Shown one piece after another: positions 21,519 to 30,760 of a DNA stretch of 64,000 nt. This DNA is from a virus. Made by a program: the position numbers and the translations under genes. The stretch lies in the IMG/VR virus record IMGVR_UViG_3300012931_000015, positions 64,001 to 128,000 of that record; one strand, written 5' to 3'. Every line of letters begins with the position of its first letter. Within the stretch, counting starts at the first letter, position 1. A model generated the notes under the pieces. That model had not been told where the DNA came from, ran no database searches, and saw only the letters and a program-made list of their open reading frames with translations.

Positions 21519-22451
21519 TTAATTAATTTTCAGTTTTCTTCCTTTTATAAATCCTAATGATATATAAGAATCAAAAGCATTTTTATTTATTGATAATGAT
21601 TTTTTTTCTTTATCGGAATATACCCAAATTTTTCCATAATTATTATTATTTTCTTTTTGTTGATGCCTTATCTTTTTAAATGTATCGTATACTTTTTTAT
21701 GGGGTCTGTGGATTTTTAAAAGTATTTTTTCGTTATCTTTTTTTATCTTACTATATTTTTTCATAATTTTAATTATCTTATGTATGTTTTCCAATTTTAG
21801 TATTTTATCATTTAATGCTTTTACTTCCGCTATTCTTTTAATATCATATTTTTCGATAAAATTTCTAGCTACTGAAATATATTTTTTTGTATCATTAAAT
21901 AATTGTTTCCAAGAAATTCTTAATATGTGCCATCCATTATTTTGTAAATACTCATCTTTTCTTTTATCTCTAATAATATGTTGAATATACCTGTGATGTT
22001 GAGCACCATCAATTTCTATAGCTAACATTTTATTTACCCATGCAAAATCTATATGATATTTGTGAACATGATAATTATATTCATAATTTTTATCTTCAAA
22101 TTCATTCTCTATCACTTTCATAAAAAATTGTTCAGGATATGAAGGTATTCCTTTCCAATGATTAAAACCAATATTTGAAGCTCGTCCTTCCTTATGAGCT
22201 TTTTTCATGCCATCTGAAACTTTTTTCTTAAAATATTTTGTAAAACATTCAGTATTTCCGCATGTTTTAGTATAATTTATATTATTTTTATTTATACAAT
22301 CTTTACCACAGATAGGACATTTGGGTATTATAAAATTATCATATTTAATTTTATATTCTAATAATTTAATATTATGTTTACTATATAGATGTCTACTAAG
22401 TGATTGCAAGTTATTATATTGTTTTATATTACAAATTTTACATACGCCCAT
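21519..22451 (-). CDS. Free-standing Vsr/DUF559-like endonuclease with N-terminal zinc fingers
   Basis: CKIC..H..H and CPIC; IDFAW...AIEIDGAQH...KDEYLQNNGWHILRISW. Confidence 0.8.
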   Translation of the reverse strand: MGVCKICNIKQYNNLQSLSRHLYSKHNIKLLEYKIKYDNFIIPKCPICGKDCINKNNINYTKTCGNTECFTKYFKKKVSDGMKKAHKEGRASNIGFNHWKGIPSYPEQFFMKVIENEFEDKNYEYNYHVHKYHIDFAWVNKMLAIEIDGAQHHRYIQHIIRDKRKDEYLQNNGWHILRISWKQLFNDTKKYISVARNFIEKYDIKRIAEVKALNDKILKLENIHKIIKIMKKYSKIKKDNEKILLKIHRPHKKVYDTFKKIRHQQKENNNNYGKIWVYSDKEKKSLSINKNAFDSYISLGFIKGRKLKIN

Positions 22452-22529
22452 ACATAATTTTTCTCCTTATAGTGAATGATAATAAATTAATTTTTATGAA
22501 TCATAGCTTCCTCACTATATAATATCATT

Positions 22530-22615
22530 CGGAAAACAGAGAACTCGAATCTCATACACTTATCATGTACAATCAGTTTAGCAAACTGTTTCTGCTCCTA
22601 GCAGATTTGTTTTCC
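22530..22615 (-). tRNA. tRNA-Ser(GCT)
   Basis: GGAAAAC/GTTTTCC acceptor, loop TT-GCT-AA, long variable arm, G73. Confidence 0.85.
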
Positions 22616-22617
22616 AT

Positions 22618-22689
22618 AGCCTTCAGTTTGGACTTGAACCAACACAAAATCCTTACAAGGGATTTATACTACCATTATATTATGAAGGC
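22618..22689 (-). tRNA. tRNA-Thr(TGT)
   Basis: GCCTTCA/TGAAGGC acceptor; AATCC-CTTGTAA-GGATT. Confidence 0.9.
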
Positions 22690-22696
22690 GTAAAAT

Positions 22697-22783
22697 CGGA
22701 AGATAGGTCTACTCGAAAGCCATGCTTTTTTCAGCACCTACCGATTTCAAGTCGGCGGTAGTACCCTGACTACTTTATCTTCC
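22697..22783 (-). tRNA. tRNA-Ser(TGA)
   Basis: GGAAGAT/ATCTTCC acceptor; GCCGA-CTTGAAA-TCGGT; long variable arm. Confidence 0.85.
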
Positions 22784-22789
22784 CAAATG

Positions 22790-22863
22790 GGTGTCTATGG
22801 AGAATTGAACTCCAACTATCAGAGCCACAATCTGACGTGCGAACCTTTAACACTTTAGACACC
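22790..22863 (-). tRNA. tRNA-His(GTG)
   Basis: TCAGA-TTGTGGC-TCTGA; G-1:C73 pair. Confidence 0.92.
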
Positions 22864-22895
22864 ACACATAAAGTCAAAATGATATTTGACTATAT

Positions 22896-22967
22896 CGGAT
22901 TTACGGAGAATTGAACTCACGACTTCAGGTTAGACAGACCTGCATACTACCTTTATATTATAAATCC
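22896..22967 (-). tRNA. tRNA-Asp(GTC)
   Basis: GGATTTA/TAAATCC acceptor; CAGGT-CTGTCTA-ACCTG; G73. Confidence 0.9.
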
Positions 22968-22969
22968 AT

Positions 22970-23042
22970 TAGCGGATAGTAGATTTGCACTACTGACCTT
23001 CAGCTTATGAGGCTGTCGAGCTAACTACTGCTCCAATCCGCT
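22970..23042 (-). tRNA. tRNA-Met(CAT), initiator-like body
   Basis: AGCGGAT/ATCCGCT acceptor; GAGC/GCTC D-stem; loop CT-CAT-AA; atypical TGCAAAT T-loop. Confidence 0.85.
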
Positions 23043-23047
23043 ATAAT

Positions 23048-23119
23048 AGCAATTAACCAGCAACGATCTGGTAATTTCAGCTTGGAAGGCTGATGTGTTG
23101 CCTATTACACTATACTTGC
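23048..23119 (-). tRNA. tRNA-Gly(TCC)
   Basis: TCAGC-CTTCCAA-GCTGA; U73; atypical ATCGTTG T-loop. Confidence 0.85.
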
Positions 23120-23143
23120 AAAAAATGTTTTCAAAGATCGTAT

Positions 23144-23214
23144 CAGTGGTTGAAGGTACTGCCCCTTCGCTTTGCGTGCCAAAAACGCAGGTACTACTTT
23201 TATACTAAACCACT
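23144..23214 (-). tRNA. tRNA-Gln(TTG)
   Basis: AGTGGTT/AACCACT acceptor, G73; TGCGT-TTTTGGC-ACGCA; atypical GGCAGTA T-loop. Confidence 0.8.
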
Positions 23215-23216
23215 CT

Positions 23217-23287
23217 TGGAGCTACTCAGAATTGAACTGAGATACTGAGCTTGAAAAGCTCATGTCCTGCCATTAGACGATAGCTCC
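23217..23287 (-). tRNA. tRNA-Glu(TTC)
   Basis: GGAGCTA/TAGCTCC acceptor; TGAGC-TTTTCAA-GCTCA. Confidence 0.92.
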
Positions 23288-23290
23288 ATA

Positions 23291-23337
23291 AAATAAAAAA
23301 GGCTTCAACACAACTTATAATAAATTATGTTAAAGCC
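23291..23337 (-). terminator. Intrinsic terminator immediately upstream of the tRNA array (attenuator)
   Basis: GGCTTTAACATAATTT/AAGTTGTGTTGAAGCC 16-bp stem with 3 G:U pairs, followed by TTTTTTATTTT. Confidence 0.85.
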
Positions 23338-23378
23338 CATATTGAGTTAATATCTCAATAAACTTATTTTAACATAAT
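23324..23378 (-). promoter_or_regulatory. Candidate antiterminator
   Basis: ATTATGTTAAA (23378-23368) pairs perfectly with TTTAACATAAT (23334-23324, terminator 5' arm) and encloses a TATTGAG/CTCAATA hairpin. Confidence 0.7.
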
Positions 23379-23506
23379 ATATACCTTTCATAATCTGTTG
23401 ATTGTAATCCAGATAATAAAAAAGCAGACCCCTGATATTGGAGTTCACTATTACTTGGATTATTTTTATAATTGTGTTTTGGCATAGCCTTTAATAAATT
23501 TTTCAT
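23369..23506 (-). CDS. Candidate attenuator leader peptide, 45 aa (not in ORF track)
   Basis: MKNLLKAMPKHNYKNNPSNSELQYQGSAFLLSGLQSTDYERYILC; lies between promoter and terminator; stop codon inside the antiterminator 5' arm. Confidence 0.65.
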   Translation of the reverse strand: MKNLLKAMPKHNYKNNPSNSELQYQGSAFLLSGLQSTDYERYILC

Positions 23507-23525
23507 AATCTTTTATTGTGTTTGT

Positions 23526-23554
23526 ATTATACACCTTTTATTTAATATTGTCAA
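23526..23554 (-). promoter_or_regulatory. Consensus sigma70 promoter of the tRNA operon
   Basis: TTGACA-17 nt-TATAAT, exact consensus. Confidence 0.9.
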
Positions 23555-24851
23555 TAGTATTAGTAAGTATTTTTACAATAAGTTTACTTTGTAATTTTAT
23601 AATTTTGTTACATCATTAAAGCTTACTGCTATCAAAATACCTGATATTAATCCTCCTATACCACCTATAAGCCAATATACCACAGGATGAATATTTGAAC
23701 CTGAAAGATTGAGAGCCAAGCCTATTAGACCACTTGTAATAATTATAAGAATTGCAAATATTAAGTATTTCATTGTTTAACTCCTTTTATTTTTTGTTTC
23801 TTTTTCTATAAGCCATAATACCACATAATATTTGAATTAAAAGAAATGTTATTTGTACTATAAAAAATATTAAATGATAATTGCTTGAAATAATGTTTAT
23901 TTTTTCTTCACTTATAAAACTTAACATGCCAAAACCAGCATTAAAAAACATAGCTATTAAACATATTATAAAATATTTTTTCATTTTTCATCCTTTAAAT
24001 TTATTAAAATATATTCTTTATCAGTTTTTATAATAATATCATACTTAAAACGATAGTTATCAAAATTTTTTTCAATTTCTTTTTCATTATCATCATCAAT
24101 TGTACTAAAAGGTCTAACTATTTTTATATTTTTTATTTTGCTATTTCCTTGCAATACATTTACACGAACAACATAAGATGAACAAGAAATAAACATAAAT
24201 AAAATTATAATTAAAACTAGTATTTTTTTCATTTTAAATTGCTCTCCTTTTGTTTGTTTCAATATGTTCTTTTTTGTCATGTCTTTCAAACAAATAAAAA
24301 ATAATTGCAGCAATAACACATACTCCAAGAAAAATACAGAATCCCATTATTTTAGCACCTCCGCTTTTATTTTAAATAAACTTCCTCTTATTTTTTCAGT
24401 TTGGGATAGACTATCAACTTTTTCTAAAATGTCTTTGAAATCATAAAGTAGCAGTTCTTTTGCATTCATTACTCGTAACTCTTTCTCTGCTTCTGTTAGT
24501 TCTTGTGTCATAACTTTTACTCCTTATATTAAACTATAATTGAAAACTAATTTAACAAAAACTTGTATTGCTATTATAAATGCTATGCCCCAAATTGCAC
24601 CGAAGATTAAACTTATTCTTATATTTAATTTTTCTTTGTCTGTCATATTTTATTCCTCTAGTCAATATTAGATAGTTTATAAATTTTAATTTTATCTGCC
24701 TTATATAAATTTCTTAATTTTTCAATTAAGGTATTTTTTTCATCCACATTACCTTCAACCTCTGAATAAAAAGTTTTTTCACTAAAAGCAAGATGGTCAT
24801 CTTTATAAACTTCAAATAAACAATTAAATATCATAATATATTACTCTCCTT

Positions 24852-25457
24852 TTATTTATAAAGCTGGTCAATAACATTATCAGGATAATTCATATCTTCC
24901 AATAGCTGTTTAAAATATTCTATCTCATCCGGCGCATATTTTTTAACCAGCATAGTTATTTTTTTAATATCATCAATAGTTTTTAATAAATAAACAATAT
25001 CTTTATGATCCTTACTTCTTCCAGCTAATAATTTATTTATAATTAAATAATAAACATTAAATACTCTTATTGTATTTCCATGATAATTAAACTTTGTTGC
25101 AGATAATATACCCTTTAAAGATATAACATCATCAACAACAGCTATGTCGACATTCTGGTTATCTTTTTTATAAACTAGCCAGTACATATCTTGAAAATAA
25201 TGATTATCTTTTAATTCAAAACCGATTGATTCCAATTCTTTTTTTAAATTATTAACTTCAGCTTTTGATACCATAATATCAATATCGTCAGGTGAAATCT
25301 TGCGAGCATTTTTTGAATAGAAAGAAACAGCAAAGCCCCCGATAAAAGCATAATTATATTTCTGTAAAATTGTTAATAATTGTTTTATGAGTTCCGGTCT
25401 ATTTGTTGATTCAATTATATAGCTTAGTAATTGTTTATTTATTTCTGTAAATTTCAT
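24852..25457 (-). CDS. Nucleotidyltransferase, AbiEii/MenT-like (Pol beta superfamily)
   Basis: IGGFAV...DDIDI and NKLLAGRSKDHKDI motifs. Confidence 0.75.
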   Translation of the reverse strand: MKFTEINKQLLSYIIESTNRPELIKQLLTILQKYNYAFIGGFAVSFYSKNARKISPDDIDIMVSKAEVNNLKKELESIGFELKDNHYFQDMYWLVYKKDNQNVDIAVVDDVISLKGILSATKFNYHGNTIRVFNVYYLIINKLLAGRSKDHKDIVYLLKTIDDIKKITMLVKKYAPDEIEYFKQLLEDMNYPDNVIDQLYK

Positions 25458-26112
25458 AATTTTATTTATTCCTTAATAAGTTTATTATCGACTTCCCAAT
25501 TTATATCATTTGCCCAATCTGTTAATATTTCATTAAACTCTGTAATTTTACCCTCTATCTCATATAGCTTTTCTGATGTTTGTTGTTTTACTATTTCTGT
25601 TGCTTCGTTTTTTACTTGGTCGGTATATTGCTCATATAATAATTCAAAAAATTCTTTTGGATTACAATCGTATCCATCTATTTTTAATTCAATATTTATT
25701 TGTTTTCTTTGGGTTTTTCTTGTTTTACCAGCAATTTTTTCAGCGTATCCCCCTATACAATTTAAAAATACATGAGATAAAATTTCATTATCATTTAACA
25801 ATATTTCTGATAAACTATATTTCATGTATTTTTGGATAAGTTCTTTAAATATTCCATAACGACACTTTACAACCGAACAAGAACAATCTTCACAAATTAA
25901 CTTTAAAACATTCTGCGACTCATTTATCAACTCTTCCTTCTCGGCTTGCTGTTTATCCGAGTGTTGTTTTATGAGTTCAATTATTTTATCTATTTCAGCA
26001 ACAATAATTGCATTTATAAATTTCTCTGAAATATTTTTAAATTGAACATTTGTACTTGAATTTTTTAACTCTTGTTTATAATCTTCAATCTCTTTTATAA
26101 TTTTCTCCATAA

Positions 26113-26391
26113 TTATCTCCATGTTATATTTTTTAAAACGGCGTATATTGTGGCTTGCGAAACATTAAACATTTTTGCTAGTTTTCTTGAACTAATTGTA
26201 TCTTTATTTTCTCTTATAAATTTTACTTCTTTATCTTTTAACTTACTGTTAGAATGTTGCTCTCCTTTTTTTCTTAATCCTATATCATAAGCATGTTTTA
26301 AGTTTTCGCCTTGAGTAACCCATTCAAGATTAGAGACATTGTTATTTAAAGGATTACCGTCAATATGATTAACTCCGAGTTTTCCTATTCC
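26113..26391 (-). pseudogene. 5'-truncated HNH homing endonuclease remnant
   Basis: [28 protein letters not shown]...SKL...[12 protein letters not shown]...TWR; in-frame TAA immediately upstream and no ATG/GTG/TTG start before the HNH motif. Confidence 0.8.
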
Positions 26392-27909
26392 TTAGTCTAT
26401 CTTTTTCATTTTTATCGAGAGCATCCCATTGATTATATTTATCAGCAAAATTGTTCCAAGCTTCTTTTGCCTGCTTTTCTGTTAATTTATTTTTACTCAT
26501 TTTTACCTCAATTTACAATTATTGTATTTTTGTCGGACTAATATGACTCTACTTTATTTTTGTTATCCGGTTTAACAGTTTTTGCATCCTGTTCAAACTC
26601 ATTTAAAAAGTACCCAAACATCAATGTTTTCTCATAAGGTGTCATAGCATTTACTTGATTAAGTGTCAACATAAGCTAACTCCTTAAAAATAAATTTTAC
26701 TTTGATATTATAATATTTTTTAGTAATTGTAAAATAGTTTTACATTTTTATTACACAGCTATTCAACGACCAGTCCAGTATCAATAACATAATCTAAAGC
26801 ATTTTTATCAATTTCAATTATAGTAGTAAAATTAGATTGTTCTGATCTAGTATAGCAAATATAATATTTTTCACCTAGTTTAAAATAGCAAGCATAAAAT
26901 TCAGCACTTTCATAAATAGGTTGTGTTTTTATTGTTGTCTTTTCAGTATGCAGTATGATAGAACCTCTAGGTAATACTTGAACAAAATAATTTTCAATTG
27001 GTGATAGTGTTGTCTTGGTTTTAACGGGCGAACTACAAGGTATCGATGCGGTAAATATTGCTAAAGCTAATATCATGAGTATCGCGACAATGCTTAATAT
27101 TAATTTAAATGGTGGCATAATTTACTCCTTTATACTTCTTCTTCTATAGGTTCTTCAGCTATATATTCTCCGACTGCTTTTCTAGTTCCGTCTTTGTAAA
27201 ATCTAATTTCAAGATTTTCAACTTCACCATAACTATCGGCATACCTTTCTGATATATCTGCGAGTTTATCTTGAAGCTCTTGAATATTCTCTTCTGTTAA
27301 AGTTAGAATTACTGGATTTTTTGTTTTGCTCATTTTATTCCTTATTTTAGTTTATCTAAATTACATTTTTTCATAAGTATTAAAATTGCTCTGTTTTCAT
27401 CAGCATAACCTTCAGAACATGAGTCTGCTGTTATATCAGATAATATACATTTAATTATTTTTGTTCTTCCAAAATCTTTTGATTCAGTATTTGAATAAAA
27501 TCTACAGCCTTCGTTACATTTCAATGTTATATCCTTTTTTAATATTTCAACATATAGCTATAAAGCCAGCCATTAACTTCTGTTTCTGGTACTTGCTTAC
27601 AAAGTTTTGCTTCAACCATTGCTTCTTGTCTATTGTAGAATTTATTCTTATCGTCTATAAAACCATAGTTTTTTTCTTTGTCTTCAAACAAATCATATCT
27701 GTCATTGTAATATAACATATTAATAATACTTTGGTGATTGACTCCAGTTCTTATTTCATTATTTTTTAACTTAATTGCAGGGCATTTTATCATATTATTA
27801 AACCTCTAATTTAAAAAAGATATTTCAATAAACTGTTTTTACATTGAATCCAATCATTACTATCTCTTGTTTTTCCTTTAAATTCATAAGTTCTCATAGT
27901 ATAAACTCC

Positions 27910-28164
27910 TTAACCATCAATATCTATTTCAGTATTATCAGAAATCATCATGGCAAAATTAGCAACATCGGCGCATTCTCTTTGTATATGAGAAATAGTG
28001 TAGTTATTTTTTATAGCTTCTTTTAATTCTAATATCTCTTGATCTAGCAATAGTAGCAGTTGAGTATTAGACAAAGTTCTCCAGTGAGGCTTCCGTAAGT
28101 TTTCATGTAGTTTTCCATCCATAATTTTTACAAACGTTTTTAATTCTTTTTTATACTTTGCCAT
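27910..28164 (-). CDS. Small MazG-like all-alpha NTP pyrophosphohydrolase
   Basis: QEILEL...RECADVANFAMMI (ExxE...ExxD). Confidence 0.6.
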   Translation of the reverse strand: MAKYKKELKTFVKIMDGKLHENLRKPHWRTLSNTQLLLLLDQEILELKEAIKNNYTISHIQRECADVANFAMMISDNTEIDIDG

Positions 28165-29727
28165 AATTTAATCCTTAATTAAATTTATCTTCATAAGACT
28201 TAATAGCTACATCAGTTCCCCAGATATAATACCCATCATTTTCTAGTTCTTCTCTTTTAGGTGGATTACTTATTGTTTTTGCTTGAGCTGAAAAATCAAA
28301 TTTTAACAAATCTAAATATTTGCCTTTCCATAATTTCCTTAATTCTCCAACATATCCAACCGGAGACATTATAATCTTGATTGTTCTTTCTTCAATTTTC
28401 AAACCACTATCATCACATCCGATGTCTTCTCCATAAATAAGACTAACCGAGTAATGTCCTAGCTGTTTGATTTTTTCTAGTTTGTTTATCATTTTTAACT
28501 CCTTACAATTAAATTTCCTCTTCAATAGGTTCTTCTGCTATCATAATATTTTATTAAATTTTGTAATAATTCTTCATCTTTTTTAAAATAATCACCTTCT
28601 TTTAAATTTTCTTTTATATTACAATATGGGTAAATATTATATCCATTCATTATAAACTCTTTCACCTGTTCATCAGTAGAAGGAGGCATAAAAGATATAG
28701 AAAATATTTTATGATCTTTATCTGTTATTATACACATTTATTTATCCCTTCTATTCACTTTTAGAAATAAATTGTATATTTTTTAATTTTTTAAAGAACA
28801 TTGAAGTTTCACCTATAGAACCAACACTCATAAAATCTAAATTTGTTTTTATTTCTTTTTCTGCATTTTTAAACCATTTTTTATCAAAAGGTTTATCATT
28901 TTCAATTTCATATTCACAACTAATAATTACTTTAGCTTTCATTATTCTCCACCTTGTTCCTTATATTCTTTTTTTGTTATCCTATCACAACTTTCATAAG
29001 TAATATGCCCACCATAAAGATTTCTTTTTGCTTCTTTTAAAGCTTCTTCTTTACTATTTGCTTTTACAACAAAATCTTCTGTGTCTATATATTCAATATA
29101 AACTTGGTAGTATTTTGTTTTATTTTTTATAGTCTTTGCTGGCTTTATCTCTCCTTCGCGAAGTATTCTTCCTTTTGGTGCTTTTGGGGTTTTTGATTTT
29201 TTATTAATCATATTTTTTCCTTTTATTCTAAAAGCTTATCCTTAATATTATTAAGAGATATATTTTCTTCTTTGATATATTGAAGAATTAAAACATTTTT
29301 CTCATTTTGAATTTCTTTACATAGAAGGGATATAAGAAAATTATTTTTATTTATTTCTTTGTCTATTTGGGTTTTGGTTATCAACATCTTTTGCCCCTTT
29401 ATTTTAGCATAAATTGATTTTCACAAGTACAATTAAAAGTATAACCATTAAATATTCTATAATACCCATAGCCCATACAAATTAACCACTCTACCTCTGA
29501 TAAAACAATTAACTCTTTAATTATAGGCAATCGTTTTCTAACTAAATAATGTGTCATTTGAATTTTTTCTGCTTCAGAAAGCTGTGTATTTATTAATTCA
29601 GTTATAATTTTTTTGGGCTTTTTTGTTGAAGATATTTTATCTAAAAGTTTATTAAATTCTCGTTTGTTTAACAGGGGGTAATCCTTTATCTTTTATCAAG
29701 CTATAATACCAAATTTATAGCAGAATG

Positions 29728-30366
29728 TCAACTATTATTTACATTTATTTTAATAAAATTTACAATATTTTCATAATTAACATCTTCAACTTTATCAACT
29801 TCTAATAACCAACCCCCCGAATTCTTAGCTGATTGAATACCATTAAAGTTATCTTCAAGTATAAGACATTCATCCGGTTTTAAATTAAGTTGTTTCATAG
29901 CTAATTGATAACAGTAAGGATCAGGTTTTGGTTTGCTTTTACCTTCTGTCATAAAATCTTCATTACCCAGAATAAAAGTCATATAATCATAAATACCAAT
30001 CACTTTTAATATTTTTTCTATTGTATCTCGAATGCTGTTACTCACACACGCTAAAATAAAGCCATTAGCAATCAAATTACAACACATAGATATTTTAATA
30101 GGGTCTAGTTGAAAATCATCAATCGCAAGCATTGTGTATTGTTGTTTCAATTCCCATATTTTTTCTTTATCGGATTCTTTAAGTAATCCTCTATTTTCAA
30201 GTATTTGTAGTTTTGTATTTGTAGTTTTTCCATCATAGTATTTCAGGTGGGTATCATAAGGTATTTCATAATCTATTACAGTTTTAAGAGCTTGGTTTAA
30301 ACATCTATAATGTTGATCTTTTAAATCAACAAGTGTACCATCGAGATCGAAAAATATTGCTTTAAT
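29728..30366 (-). CDS. HAD-family phosphatase (start extended beyond the ORF track)
   Basis: Frame continues upstream of 30150 to IKAIFFDLDGTL (motif I); VSNS, KPDP and LEDN..G motifs downstream; start uncertain (ATT). Confidence 0.8.
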   Translation of the reverse strand: MKAIFFDLDGTLVDLKDQHYRCLNQALKTVIDYEIPYDTHLKYYDGKTTNTKLQILENRGLLKESDKEKIWELKQQYTMLAIDDFQLDPIKISMCCNLIANGFILACVSNSIRDTIEKILKVIGIYDYMTFILGNEDFMTEGKSKPKPDPYCYQLAMKQLNLKPDECLILEDNFNGIQSAKNSGGWLLEVDKVEDVNYENIVNFIKINVNNS

Positions 30367-30760
30367 TTTATAATTAGAAGATAAAATGATGATAACCTTA
30401 GCATTACTTTTTTAAACTTATCTTTCATCATTTATCTTTCTTTGTTATTAGTATTTATAAAATTAAACTTTTAAATTGTTTATTTATCATCCTCTTTGAA
30501 ATAATAGCTTGTCTTATTATTTGAGTATAAACATATATAGTAAAATTCATGCTCTGTATTAAAAGAAGCTCTTATAGTATGAGGTAATCCTGTAATAGAT
30601 AATTTTTTTACAATTTTATCAATAAATATCTTTATTCTTTTTTCAATAGTTTCATCATCAAAATTCATTGGAAATTTAAGCCTAACTTTAAAATCAGGTG
30701 TTATCGTCAATCTTATATTATTTATATCTTTTTTAAAACATTCTAATGTATAATTCATAT

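Noticed and set aside
23144-23214. tRNA-Pro(TGG) reading
   Set aside because: The best stems give a 7-nt loop centred on TTG with a G73 discriminator, which fits Gln.
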